In this document: positions 37,119-46,881 of the stretch, piece after piece
Numbering within the stretch: the stretch's first letter is position 1
Layout: every line of letters starts with the position of its first letter
Virus record (IMG/VR): IMGVR_UViG_3300035687_000003
Coordinates: 9,410-73,409 of that record
DNA from: a virus
Reading direction: 5' to 3' (one strand)
DNA length: 64,000 nt
Notes under the pieces: generated by a model
What the model was told of the DNA's origin: nothing
Database searches by the model: none
The model's input: the letters and a program-made list of their open reading frames with translations, nothing else
Translations under genes and position numbers: made by a program

Positions 37119-37191
37119 GCCGGTGGATAACACATAAAGAACAGGCCGCTAATAAACGGCGTCCGATCAAACAATAGAGAAGAGGCGCTAA

Positions 37192-37602
37192 ATGCGTGGC
37201 CTAGGGCGACTGTTTAATGCGCAGGTGTCAGCGACTACCGCTGCTGTCCGCGTCAACCTGAAGAATGCGCAAGCGGTGACAATTTTCGCGTACAATGCAA
37301 CATCCGGTGTGGCCACCATCCAGGAGTGCAACGCTGCTTCGGGTGGTACCGCACAGAACCTCGCGGCGATCACCACGTATTACACGAGCGTGTCCGGTGT
37401 GTGGACGAAGGTCACGCAGGTGGCGGCGGCAACATTCACCCTGGTCACGGGTGGACTCGCGGCCGTCGAGATCGACGCGACGCAGCTCAGCGCCGGCTTC
37501 ACCTACATCACCGCGAGCCATGCTTCCGGAAGCTTCCTGATCCTCCCGCATGGTCTGACATCGCAGCGCAAGCCGGAGAGCCTGGTAGGTGCGTCGCTGT
37601 GA
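37192..37602 (+). CDS. Putative capsid decoration protein
   Basis: Follows capsid gene; beta-rich Ala/Thr. Confidence 0.6.
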   Translation: MRGLGRLFNAQVSATTAAVRVNLKNAQAVTIFAYNATSGVATIQECNAASGGTAQNLAAITTYYTSVSGVWTKVTQVAAATFTLVTGGLAAVEIDATQLSAGFTYITASHASGSFLILPHGLTSQRKPESLVGASL

Positions 37603-38075
37603 GCAGCTTGCTGAAGAACACCGCGCTGCGGACCCTTGACCTGGGAACCAAAGTTGAGGCACCTGCAGCGGTACTGCCCGCCACGGCGACAGCGAACATC
37701 TTCACTGTCGCTGGTGGACGTGTCGCCATCACCGGTCTGGTCGGCGTCTGCACCACGGTCTGCAGTGCTACGGCGACCACCTTGGCTCTGGGTACCGCGC
37801 CCACCGTGGGCACCGCGAACACCACGGGCCTCACGTCAGCCACGGCCATCACCTCTAAAGAGGCCGGCACGATGGTGAGTCTGCCGCCTGCGGTGGGCAG
37901 CGGTCTAGTAGTCGGGACGAACGCGGGTGTTGCGGCTCAGCTGTCCGGCCAGGGAGCATGCGTCGTGTCCGCCGGCACGATCACGATCACGACGAGTGCC
38001 ACGAACACGGGGGCTTTCCGGTGGACGCTCACCTACATCCCGTTCGATGACGGCGCGTCGGTCGCCGCGTCCTGA
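37599..38075 (+). CDS. Putative head-associated protein, paralogue 1
   Basis: IFTVAGGRVAITGLVG...WTLTYIPFDDGASVAA. Confidence 0.7.
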   Translation: MSSLLKNTALRTLDLGTKVEAPAAVLPATATANIFTVAGGRVAITGLVGVCTTVCSATATTLALGTAPTVGTANTTGLTSATAITSKEAGTMVSLPPAVGSGLVVGTNAGVAAQLSGQGACVVSAGTITITTSATNTGAFRWTLTYIPFDDGASVAAS

Positions 38076-38077
38076 CG

Positions 38078-38539
38078 ATGACAGTTACGGTCTCGGGTGC
38101 GCAGGTTCGGCAACTATTGTTCGGAACCATGGTCACCCGGGCTGCTGCGAATCTACCGGCTTCCACGACGAGTGACCTGTTCATTGTGGCCGGTGGGCGA
38201 GTGTTGCTCACCGGCATCGTCGGCGAGGTGACGACCGTCATTCAGGCGCAGGCCTGCGCCTCGAAGCTGCGAATGGCGCCCATCACCGGGACTGCGGTCG
38301 ACTTGTGCGCCACGCTTGACATCTCGGGCAAGGAGATAGGCACTTTACTGGGGGTGACCGGAACGTTCGCGACTGCGATGGTCGGCCCCAACGCAGGGGC
38401 CACAGTTTATCCGAGTAATCGGATCGTATTGCCGATCGGCAGTGTGCAGCTGAGTTGCGTGGCCACGAACACCGGCCAGATTAAATGGGCGATGACCTAC
38501 ATCCCGCTCGACGAAGGGGCCACCGTGTCGGCCGCGTAG
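38078..38539 (+). CDS. Putative head-associated protein, paralogue 2
   Basis: LFIVAGGRVLLTGIVG...WAMTYIPLDEGATVSAA. Confidence 0.7.
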   Translation: MTVTVSGAQVRQLLFGTMVTRAAANLPASTTSDLFIVAGGRVLLTGIVGEVTTVIQAQACASKLRMAPITGTAVDLCATLDISGKEIGTLLGVTGTFATAMVGPNAGATVYPSNRIVLPIGSVQLSCVATNTGQIKWAMTYIPLDEGATVSAA

Positions 38540-38584
38540 CTCACTGCTGCCTCATCCGGTGCTGTGACGGGAGGCGGGCCGACG

Positions 38585-39100
38585 ATGCCTCTCCCCTCCC
38601 TCTCCCTGGCGCCTTCGCTCACCCTAGCCCCCTCGTGGCCCGGGGCTCCCAACTCCACTACAGGGCCGCTACGCAACGCCACGGGAATCCTGGTCGCCTG
38701 TTCAGCGAAGGCACTGCCGCAGTCCGGTGTCTCCACATTGTTCACCGTGTCGGGTGGCCGGATTCTCTTGACATCGATAGTCGGTCTGGTCACCGTGGCG
38801 ATCCAACCGCAGGCGAACAATACGAAACTCCAGAGCGTTCCTACGGTGGGAACCGCGGTCGACTTGTGCGTGACTGCGGATATTACTGGTCGGGAGTCGG
38901 GGTCGATGCTGACCCTTACCAGTGTCTTCACCTCCGCACTTCAGGTGGCGAACGCGGGTGGTGCCGCAACTCAGCTCGCCGCGATCGTGATTCCGCCCGG
39001 CGTCGTGGCGTTGAGCTGCAATGCCGGTAGCGCCGGACAGATGAGCTGGGTGGCCACGTATGTCCCGCTTGATACCGGCGCATCTGTCGCTGCTGCATAG
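38585..39100 (+). CDS. Putative head-associated protein, paralogue 3, with PSLSLA leader
   Basis: LFTVSGGRILLTSIVG...WVATYVPLDTGASVAAA. Confidence 0.7.
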   Translation: MPLPSLSLAPSLTLAPSWPGAPNSTTGPLRNATGILVACSAKALPQSGVSTLFTVSGGRILLTSIVGLVTVAIQPQANNTKLQSVPTVGTAVDLCVTADITGRESGSMLTLTSVFTSALQVANAGGAATQLAAIVIPPGVVALSCNAGSAGQMSWVATYVPLDTGASVAAA

Positions 39101-39210
39101 GGGTCCGATAGTAGGACACTGCGATGGGTTAATAGTCGGGGTGGTCGATATTTGCGAATATTCAACCGCTCATTTTCTAGTATATCACTGCTGCGGGAGG
39201 AGACTGCCCG

Positions 39211-39747
39211 ATGGCGTTATCCTATTGCGCTGAATGCACAACCGCGTACAGCAATGATCTTGCGACGTGTCCGCATTGCGGATCTCAGGAAACATGTTCA
39301 GAGGAGGCCAGGATGGCGAAGATCAGTGGCACCGGTGTCAGTCATGACCAGGGAGACGAGCCCGACGGCTGGCCGGAGAATGCCGTTGTGGGCGCTGGTA
39401 ACGATATTAGCCCGCACGATCCCCTGGCCAGGTTGCAGCATGTTCCACCGGTAGCTGACCCGACTGCCGATCCTTACGAGAAGTCGGTTGATACTGGCAC
39501 TGCCCGTGCAGGCCGCGTCAATGATGACGACAGGACTGAGTCCGTACGCACGAGCAGTGCCGATGCCGGTAGCAGGGGTGACAGCGATACCGACGACTCG
39601 CACGAACCGGACCAGAGCCGCGTGGATGAAGTTACCGGTGTTCCGACCCAGGAATCCGATGAATCTTCGACTGCGATCCGGTCCGATGAACCGGTACGCA
39701 TCACTCCCCATGATGACCGCACGGCCGGTCGTCCCGTTTCCGAATGA
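39211..39747 (+). CDS. Zn-ribbon plus acidic disordered protein
   Basis: GGAGGAG RBS; CAEC..CPHCG. Confidence 0.65.
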   Translation: MALSYCAECTTAYSNDLATCPHCGSQETCSEEARMAKISGTGVSHDQGDEPDGWPENAVVGAGNDISPHDPLARLQHVPPVADPTADPYEKSVDTGTARAGRVNDDDRTESVRTSSADAGSRGDSDTDDSHEPDQSRVDEVTGVPTQESDESSTAIRSDEPVRITPHDDRTAGRPVSE

Positions 39748-39905
39748 GCCTGTTCTCAAACCGAGTCATCCGCCCGAGACCGGCTACCGCAAGGGGTGCC
39801 GTCGCCGTTCCGCGGCCAGTGAAGTCTAACGGTGCCACTCCTCATGCGCGCCCAGCGTTGATCACTGTTTCTCTGGGCGCGGCGAAGGCGAGAGTGAGGT
39901 AGTCG

Positions 39906-40193
39906 ATGCCGCAATGGTACTGCCCGCATTGCACCGAAGCGGCCCGCACCGTGGATGACGCGATCCCCTACCACCGCTGCCATAGCACGAAAGGCCTGCT
40001 GACCCCGCTCATCGTGGCTGGCACGAAAGCGAAGGTCGAGGTTCGGGAACGCGAGGACTACGTGGGTAAGGAACGCGTGCAAACCAACGCCGAAGGTCGG
40101 CCTGTGATGAGTGTGGTCACAACTAGGTCTGACGGTCAAGATTGCATCATCTTCCCACCGACAGCTCACGTCATAACCGAAGCGTCCATCTAG
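39906..40193 (+). CDS. Hypothetical phage protein
   Basis: WYCPHC..HRC..EREDYVG..DGQDC. Confidence 0.7.
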   Translation: MPQWYCPHCTEAARTVDDAIPYHRCHSTKGLLTPLIVAGTKAKVEVREREDYVGKERVQTNAEGRPVMSVVTTRSDGQDCIIFPPTAHVITEASI

Positions 40194-40266
40194 CCCTGGG
40201 AAACATGGGCCATGGTGCGCGTTCATTAACGATCCGACACACCGGCACATTAATGAGGAGCAGTAG

Positions 40267-40752
40267 ATGGCATGGACTGACAGTAGGATCTTCCGTGCCT
40301 ACATTACAGATCAACTTAACCTCGCCACTACCACGAAAATCAAGCTCGATGGTACCGATACCCTGAAGAATGCGCTGTACGTTACGGGTGCTACCCCTGA
40401 CCGCAACGTGACCCGAGCGAACACCGCTTACGCCGTTGACCAGTGGGTTGTCGGCAATGAGGTCAGCCAAGCCGTGCAGTGGCCCGTCGGTGGCATCGCA
40501 CTCACCGGTCAATCACTGAACTCCGCAACCGCGAACACTGTATTCTTCACCGCTTCCAACACCGTGTCCGGATCGTCATTCACCACCACGGCCGCCGTGT
40601 TTGGCAGCCTCATCTACGACACCACCGCAACCACTGCCACCAACCAGGGGATCTGCTACTTGTATTTCGGCGGAGGCAATTCGGTCACATTGGGAACCCT
40701 AACGATCAGTTACGCTGCGTCACCAGCGGGCGTGTTCAATATCACTGTGTAG
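40267..40752 (+). CDS. Putative fibre/filament structural protein
   Basis: LDGTDTLKNALY..NEVS..GGIAL..LIYD..YFGG..GTLTI..GVFNI. Confidence 0.65.
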   Translation: MAWTDSRIFRAYITDQLNLATTTKIKLDGTDTLKNALYVTGATPDRNVTRANTAYAVDQWVVGNEVSQAVQWPVGGIALTGQSLNSATANTVFFTASNTVSGSSFTTTAAVFGSLIYDTTATTATNQGICYLYFGGGNSVTLGTLTISYAASPAGVFNITV

Positions 40753-40812
40753 GTCACTGACCTGCGACGATGGTAGATCGCATGACCTTGAGCGTGTGAT
40801 ACTGTGTAAGCT

Positions 40813-41589
40813 ATGGAACATAGTCGCTGCTCAGTCACTGGTTGTAACCGACCGTTCTACGGTGCCGGTTACTGCAACCGGCACCATCGCCAGCACTGGA
40901 AGACCGGCACTGTGCCAGTACTTGACGTGTCGTTACGAAAGTGCGTTCACTGTAAGTTGCCACTCGACCGGCATAATACCAACATCAGCGATCGTGCGAT
41001 CTACTGTTCGCGAGATTGCAAAGACGCCGCCAGAAGCCTCGAACTGATCTACGAGACGCAGCGAAAGAAGCAGAATAGAACGTGCCTTCACTGTAAGCGG
41101 CCCATGGGTCAGGACAGAGGAGGCAAGGCCAAGTTCTGCTCGCTGGATTGTACCACTAAATTTCACAATCACCGGCGCGCTGCCGAGAAGTATGCTGCCA
41201 AACTAGCTGACAGGAAACCATGTAGAGGCTGCGATCAACCGATACCGGAAACGTGTCGATCAAGCGCTGTCTACTGCTCACGTGAATGTAAGGAACGGCA
41301 TGATCACGAGAGCCCGCGCGCACGCGGAAACGCTTTAGAGTGGCGAAGAAGGCACTATTACAATCTTCTTCCAGACGAATTCGACGCTCTGCTCGATAGT
41401 CAGGGCGGCAAGTGCGCTATATGTCGCCTTGACACGTGGCCTGGGAAATATAACAAGCCTCACGTGGATCATTGTCACGAAACGAACACGGTACGTGGAA
41501 TTCTTTGCCATAGTTGCAATGTCGGTCTCGGGAATTTTCACGACAGCATAGATCTACTAGAGGCCGCCATCGCCTACTTGAAACGGTAA
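40813..41589 (+). CDS. Endonuclease VII-type HNH with repeated CxxC..YCS..C modules, leaderless
   Basis: QGGKCAIC..HVDHCHETNTVRGILCHSCNVGLG; TACTGT-N7-ATG. Confidence 0.9.
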   Translation: MEHSRCSVTGCNRPFYGAGYCNRHHRQHWKTGTVPVLDVSLRKCVHCKLPLDRHNTNISDRAIYCSRDCKDAARSLELIYETQRKKQNRTCLHCKRPMGQDRGGKAKFCSLDCTTKFHNHRRAAEKYAAKLADRKPCRGCDQPIPETCRSSAVYCSRECKERHDHESPRARGNALEWRRRHYYNLLPDEFDALLDSQGGKCAICRLDTWPGKYNKPHVDHCHETNTVRGILCHSCNVGLGNFHDSIDLLEAAIAYLKR

Positions 41590-41616
41590 CGCGAGAAGCT
41601 CAGACGGGATGCGTCA

Positions 41617-42261
41617 GTGACCATCAACGTTCGCTCGGCAGTGAAATCCGGCGATCCCTCTACCAGTTTCAATTGCTACACCGCCCCCGCTGGCACGTTG
41701 CCCGGGGATTTGCTTCTCGGCCTCCACTTCGGCCTCGTCGCGGGCGGTAACACTGTCGCCGGTATGACGGGGCCGTCAGGGTTCACTCAGGTCGGATCCA
41801 CATACGCGGACAATGACTGTATCATCAAAGTGTGGAAAGCTCCCGGGACCACAGCCACGCCCTACACGTTCGGTGGTGTGGGTATCGGCGCAGCCGGGGT
41901 ACTTGCCATCGACCAAACAAACGTGTCAACACCGATACATATCTTCCCGCAGTACAACTCGGGGACTGAGATAGACGCGCAGATCGCCCCGTCCGTCGTG
42001 CCGACGATACCGGCGTTCCTGCTCATCTGTGGGTGGTGCTGCACGCAAGGTAGCGTTCCATCGTATTCCCCAGCGTGGGGCATGACTGAAAATGTGGATT
42101 TCACTGACGGGTCCACACCGTTCACTATCACAGTCAACAGTCAAGTATTTTCAGACATCTTCAGTTATGCGAACCAGCCCACAGGGACTAAATGCGCGAA
42201 ACCGGGTGGCACTGAGGGGAGCACCCGGTACGCGTCGGTTACCCTCGTCGTCAGCCCGTAG
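41617..42261 (+). CDS. Beta-rich structural protein
   Basis: APAGTLPGDLLL..PSGFTQV..VWK..APSV. Confidence 0.6.
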   Translation: MTINVRSAVKSGDPSTSFNCYTAPAGTLPGDLLLGLHFGLVAGGNTVAGMTGPSGFTQVGSTYADNDCIIKVWKAPGTTATPYTFGGVGIGAAGVLAIDQTNVSTPIHIFPQYNSGTEIDAQIAPSVVPTIPAFLLICGWCCTQGSVPSYSPAWGMTENVDFTDGSTPFTITVNSQVFSDIFSYANQPTGTKCAKPGGTEGSTRYASVTLVVSP

Positions 42262-42265
42262 CCCC

Positions 42266-42997
42266 ATGGCTATCACCGAGGACGCGTCGACACCTGCGGT
42301 GACAACGCAAACCGGCACCGGCACCACCATCACGTCCCCCTCCTTCACCCCCCCACAGGGAACATTGCTCGTCGCGTTGGTCAGCGCCGGTAAAAGCAAC
42401 AACTTCAACAACCCGCCCACCGTGACGGACACCGGCAACCATTCATGGACGCTGATCAACTGGAACAGCGCCAACACTGTCGACAATGGCGGGTTCGTCG
42501 GAGTGTATTACGCACCACAAGGCGTGACCCCGGCGGCTGTCACGGTCACTGCAACTTTCGGTGCGTTCGGTTCCGGTGGGGGCAGCATGCTCGACGTTCG
42601 CGTACTCAATGGGGCCAGTCCCGACCAGTCGACTGCGGGATACGCGAACTACGTTTACACCGTCGCCGCCGCCACCGCGAACTGTGAGATCAACGTAGTC
42701 ACCACCGTCACCGGGTCCGTGGTTTACGGGATCTGTGTCGATACCAGCGGCAACGCCGCTCTCGGCGTGAACGGACTCACCACTGCGATCAACACGTTCG
42801 CTAACGCCACCGACCTCAGCCGGAACGTGACCTGGAAGTCGACGTCCGCGACCGGCGTTCCTGGCCTCACCCGGTTCGGTGGGAACTGGCCAGGGACCGC
42901 CACGAGCCTCATCCTCGGCACCGAGTTCATTCCCGCTATCCGACCGACTCCTGTACGCAATCTCCGGCAAGCGCCGAAGCGGGCTTCTTTCTACTGA
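42266..42997 (+). CDS. Beta-rich structural protein
   Basis: MAITEDASTP..SFTPPQGTLLVALV; basic C-terminal RQAPKRASFY. Confidence 0.65.
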   Translation: MAITEDASTPAVTTQTGTGTTITSPSFTPPQGTLLVALVSAGKSNNFNNPPTVTDTGNHSWTLINWNSANTVDNGGFVGVYYAPQGVTPAAVTVTATFGAFGSGGGSMLDVRVLNGASPDQSTAGYANYVYTVAAATANCEINVVTTVTGSVVYGICVDTSGNAALGVNGLTTAINTFANATDLSRNVTWKSTSATGVPGLTRFGGNWPGTATSLILGTEFIPAIRPTPVRNLRQAPKRASFY

Positions 42998-43010
42998 TGG
43001 GGTGTCGCTC

Positions 43011-43496
43011 GTGGCTGACCTTTATTTCGCTGCGTCCGAAGCGATCAACCTCGGCGCGGCGACTGCTCTTGTCGTGTTGGACGTGGCGATGACCTCCACG
43101 AACCGGCGCATAGCGCCAGTGGAGATCAGTGTCTCATTCAACGGGGTTTCCGCGACGGCGGTCCCTGTGATCGTGAGGCTGGTTCGTACGACCGTCGCCC
43201 CTGTGGGTGGTGGCACCATCACCCAAGCCCCGGTCCCATTGGACCCTAACTCCCCTGCGTCACTCGCGACGGCGTACATGCCGACCACGGCGAGCCCCGG
43301 TGTTTATGCGACCACCGCCCCGACCGTGGGGGTGACGCTCCGCACATGGTACGTGCCACCCACGTCCGGACAGGTGATACAATTACCCCTCGGGCAGGAG
43401 ATGATATCCCCCGCGGTCGCCGGATCCGGTTTCGGTATTCAGTGTGTCGCACCGGCCGTGGTGGCCGCGATCACATACCTGACATGGCTGGAATAA
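43011..43496 (+). CDS. Beta-rich structural protein
   Basis: EISVSFNGVSATAVPVIVRL..QLPLGQE. Confidence 0.6.
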   Translation: MADLYFAASEAINLGAATALVVLDVAMTSTNRRIAPVEISVSFNGVSATAVPVIVRLVRTTVAPVGGGTITQAPVPLDPNSPASLATAYMPTTASPGVYATTAPTVGVTLRTWYVPPTSGQVIQLPLGQEMISPAVAGSGFGIQCVAPAVVAAITYLTWLE

Positions 43497-43527
43497 TCGG
43501 CTAGTGATTTAGCGGCCGGGGGTTTCT

Positions 43528-45963
43528 GTGGCGCGGATCGGTCGTAGCCGTCCATCGCGGGTTCGGAAAACGCGTCCGGTCCGGCTGGATAACACAGTCC
43601 CGTACTCCCCGTCCGGGACTGGTACGGCCGGTCCAGCGACACCTTCCTGCTCTTTTCCCGCGACCGGCGCTACCGGTGCCGGCGCTGCAAGTAATCCCAC
43701 CGTCACGGTAACATCCAACGCCACGGTCTCCGCAGCTTCAGCGGCGGCTACCGGGACGGCGAGCAACAGTCCCTCAAGGCAAGTAGTCCTCAACCCCATC
43801 GCCGCGGCCGGTATCGGATCGGCATCCGCTACGGCCGGAATCACGTTCGCCGCGCTCACTACCGCGGGCACCGGTACCGCTGGTCCTACGTCTCCAGTGG
43901 TGACGGTTCCCCCCGCCGCAGCGGCATCGAGTGCTACAGCGTCGAATCCCGCAACGGCGGTCGTTTACCCTGCCGCTGCAGCGGCAGGTGCAGCCGCGGC
44001 AGTAACCTCGATCGCGGGAATCACCGCAAGCCCGAGCTCCGCGACTGCAACCGGTACCGGTGCGGCACCCGTACTCGCGTTGACGATCAGCTCCACGGGT
44101 GGTGGCGGTTCCGGCTCAACAGGGGCCACGGTCGGCGCCACTACCTTCACTGCTGGCATCGGTAGTGGAATCGGTACCGCGTCGAACGCTGGCAGCTCGG
44201 TTGTCGCTCAGCCCAGTGCTGCCAGTGGACTCGGGTCTACCGGCACCGCAGCCCCCGGCGTCGCGTTCACCGGGTCCTCGGCACCGGCCGCCGCGGCCGC
44301 CGCGGTTCCAGCCCTGGCAGTCACTACTTCATCCGCCGCAGCGGGATCGACCGCTACTGCGACGAACCCGCTGGCGTCGACCGGCTTTACTGTCATAGCC
44401 GCAGCGGCCAGCGGGACCGCGACCAACCCAAGCGCTCGTATCACGGTGGGGCCAGCCGCGGACGCCGGTACCGGTACAGCCACATCGCCATCGGTGACGA
44501 CGGCATCGACCTGGACGGTTAACGCCGCGACTGCTGCAGGTATCGGGTCAGCTGCTAGCGCAACGCTTGCCGTTGCCATCGTCGCGTCAGCAGTCGGTGG
44601 GATTGGCTCCACGTCGGGAGCCGTCCCGGCCGTCGGTCCTACCGTGGGATCGTCGGCGGCGGCCAGCTCAACCGGGGCCGTGTCGACCGCTGTAATCGCA
44701 GCTGCGGGCAGCGCCAGTGGCAATGGCGCATCGACTGGTGCCGTCACCGCAGGCCTGGTCAGCGCGGGCTCAGCGGTTGTTACGGGGCAAGCTGGCACTA
44801 GTTCTGCCGCGGTATGGATCGACCCTGCGACTGCCAGCGGGTCCGGGACTGCCAGCTCGCCACCACTGGCAGTGGTCGACAGTCCGGCCGCGGCGGCGGC
44901 AACCGGTAACGCGAGTAACCCATCTGTCGCTTTGCTCGCCACTTCGGCGAGCGCAGCTGGCATCGGTTCAGTCGGGGCCTCGGCCGCTCAGGTCACGGTT
45001 AAGCCAAGTACTGCGGCTGCCAGCGGTGTTGCCGTCAATCCTGCTGTCACTGCCAGTAGCAACGCCACTGCACTGCCGGCCAGCGCGTCAGCGGTAGGTG
45101 CCGCGGGTCCCGTCTCTTTCGCGGTATCGGTGGCAGGGGGCGTCGCGTCGGCCACCGGTATTGCCGGTCCCGTTAGCCGTGCGGTAGCGAAGATTGCTAC
45201 TTCCGCTACCGGCAACGCGGCATCGACCGGACCGGCTCTGAGTGAGACGGTTAACGCCAGTAGCGCCACGTCGACCGGTGCGGCGAGCAATGCCACCGTA
45301 ATTACCGGAGTGGTTGCCTCTGCTGTCACGGCTCCCGCCATCGCTACTGCGGGTACCGCTACCGCCAGTGGCTCCAGTGCCATTACGGCCAGTCCTGTCA
45401 CGGCCGCTGGCATTGGATCAACGGCGACACCTGTTCCCGCATCGGTCACCGTTTACCCGACGATCGCAGCAGGGACCGGTTCAGCCGGGAACGTCACCGG
45501 TCGGATCACGGTTGCCCCTGCAGCCGGATCAACTATCGGTGCCGCGTATTCAGCGCCGCGGCTGCTAACTTTCCAAGCCAGCTCGGCGAATGCTGCGGGC
45601 TCCACCGCTGCACAAGCGACTGTCACCGCACTACCGCCAGCCGCTACAGGTGCCGCGGTCGCCGTAAACTCCAGCGCCAATCCGAGCGCCAGTGTTATCA
45701 CAGTCCATGCGGCAACGGCGTCAGCCGTCGGCATCGTGCCAGCGATCGTCAGCCCCACCTATGTAGCACCCGAGCCTACGATCGCAGGCTCCTGGTATCA
45801 GCTGGTCGAAGTATACCGAGAAGCCGCGGAGCTCAAGCGGTACGGCGACACCCGAACGCCTGTCGCATGCCCGAATGATGGACTGCTGCTCACCGGGAAC
45901 AGTCATGGTCAGCTGCACTGTGCGTGGGATTCCTGGCAGCCGGGAGCCACCGATCCAGAATAG
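43528..45963 (+). CDS. 811-aa Ala/Thr/Ser/Gly-rich fibre-like protein with C-terminal Cys domain
   Basis: Degenerate repeats like A.A.GTASNP; C-terminal SWYQL..CPNDG..HC..W. Confidence 0.7.
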   Translation: MARIGRSRPSRVRKTRPVRLDNTVPYSPSGTGTAGPATPSCSFPATGATGAGAASNPTVTVTSNATVSAASAAATGTASNSPSRQVVLNPIAAAGIGSASATAGITFAALTTAGTGTAGPTSPVVTVPPAAAASSATASNPATAVVYPAAAAAGAAAAVTSIAGITASPSSATATGTGAAPVLALTISSTGGGGSGSTGATVGATTFTAGIGSGIGTASNAGSSVVAQPSAASGLGSTGTAAPGVAFTGSSAPAAAAAAVPALAVTTSSAAAGSTATATNPLASTGFTVIAAAASGTATNPSARITVGPAADAGTGTATSPSVTTASTWTVNAATAAGIGSAASATLAVAIVASAVGGIGSTSGAVPAVGPTVGSSAAASSTGAVSTAVIAAAGSASGNGASTGAVTAGLVSAGSAVVTGQAGTSSAAVWIDPATASGSGTASSPPLAVVDSPAAAAATGNASNPSVALLATSASAAGIGSVGASAAQVTVKPSTAAASGVAVNPAVTASSNATALPASASAVGAAGPVSFAVSVAGGVASATGIAGPVSRAVAKIATSATGNAASTGPALSETVNASSATSTGAASNATVITGVVASAVTAPAIATAGTATASGSSAITASPVTAAGIGSTATPVPASVTVYPTIAAGTGSAGNVTGRITVAPAAGSTIGAAYSAPRLLTFQASSANAAGSTAAQATVTALPPAATGAAVAVNSSANPSASVITVHAATASAVGIVPAIVSPTYVAPEPTIAGSWYQLVEVYREAAELKRYGDTRTPVACPNDGLLLTGNSHGQLHCAWDSWQPGATDPE

Positions 45964-45984
45964 GTTAACTGAGAGCGGTGCACC

Positions 45985-46173
45985 GTGGGGTCCTGGTATC
46001 AGTTGTATGACATCTTCCGGGAAGCGGAGCAATTCCAGATCGATGCCGTTTCTAGTCCACCGACAGTGTGCCCGCTATGTGGAACAACGCTGAGTTTGGG
46101 GCCGGCCGGGGAGAGGCATTGCCAATTCGAGGGATGGGTTGAGGGTGATACACCGGTTAAGTGGAATGATTAA
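45985..46173 (+). CDS. Small protein paralogous to C-terminus of preceding gene
   Basis: GSWYQL...CPLCG..HCQFEGW. Confidence 0.7.
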   Translation: MGSWYQLYDIFREAEQFQIDAVSSPPTVCPLCGTTLSLGPAGERHCQFEGWVEGDTPVKWND

Positions 46174-46193
46174 CGAATGGTGAGAGGTGAACT

Positions 46194-46409
46194 GTGAGCG
46201 AGCGGTCCCGCACGTATGCGTGCCATAACCGTGCCTGCACTCAATACCAGATGCGGGCAACTGTATGGGGACAGCTGTGCAGTGTCCGGTTCTACAGTTG
46301 GCCGATTCTCACCTGCACGGGATGCGGACAGGTGCCGCGGATCGTCACAGACAAACCGGTGGCCGTCGACGCACCGGTCAAACCGGTGAGAAAGGTCTCG
46401 ACGCGCTGA
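46194..46409 (+). CDS. Small Zn-binding protein
   Basis: CHNRAC..CTGCG; GAGGTG RBS. Confidence 0.5.
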   Translation: MSERSRTYACHNRACTQYQMRATVWGQLCSVRFYSWPILTCTGCGQVPRIVTDKPVAVDAPVKPVRKVSTR

Positions 46410-46426
46410 CCGCTGGAGGCCGCGCT

Positions 46427-46780
46427 ATGGCCGTAAGTGGCCGATTGCTTGACATGCTAAGAGAATACTCGCAGATGCTCAATCGTCTGGTGAGTAACCA
46501 TGGTAACCGTATTGAAGGGTTGGAACATCGAATGAATGCTACCGCCGACAAGATCCTCCAGATTGACAACGCATTGAACCGGCAGGGTGATGGTCTGCGG
46601 TTGGTCGCCGACCGCTTGACCGCGTTGCAGACCCAGGTCGGAGGGTTGGACAACAGCATTGCGGAGCAGCTGACTCCTTTGATCGACACCCTCAACGCGC
46701 ACGCTGACCGGTTGACTGAGCTGGCCGCTGACCCGAACAACCCGGTGCCCAATCCGGAGCCAATCCCTAACCCGGCCTGA
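46427..46780 (+). CDS. Coiled-coil protein
   Basis: GGAGG RBS; heptad pattern; PNPEPIPNP tail. Confidence 0.6.
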   Translation: MAVSGRLLDMLREYSQMLNRLVSNHGNRIEGLEHRMNATADKILQIDNALNRQGDGLRLVADRLTALQTQVGGLDNSIAEQLTPLIDTLNAHADRLTELAADPNNPVPNPEPIPNPA

Positions 46781-46785
46781 CCATC

Positions 46786-46824
46786 CGCCACCCGGTATCA
46801 ATGAGGGCGCGGATACCGGGTGGC
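46786..46824 (+). terminator. Probable intrinsic terminator
   Basis: GCCACCCGGTATC-N12-GATACCGGGTGGC followed by T-rich run. Confidence 0.6.
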
Positions 46825-46881
46825 AGTGTTGTTTGTAAGCGGAAGTGGCCAGCGGGAACTACTTGACATCGATGGAACAGG

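Noticed and set aside
37599-39100. Diversity-generating retroelement template/variable repeats
   Set aside because: No reverse transcriptase; paralogues differ throughout, not just at adenines
43500-45800. Long antisense ORFs over the Ala/Thr-rich gene (and similar ones across the window)
   Set aside because: Expected stop-poor shadows in high-GC coding DNA; no RBS or motifs
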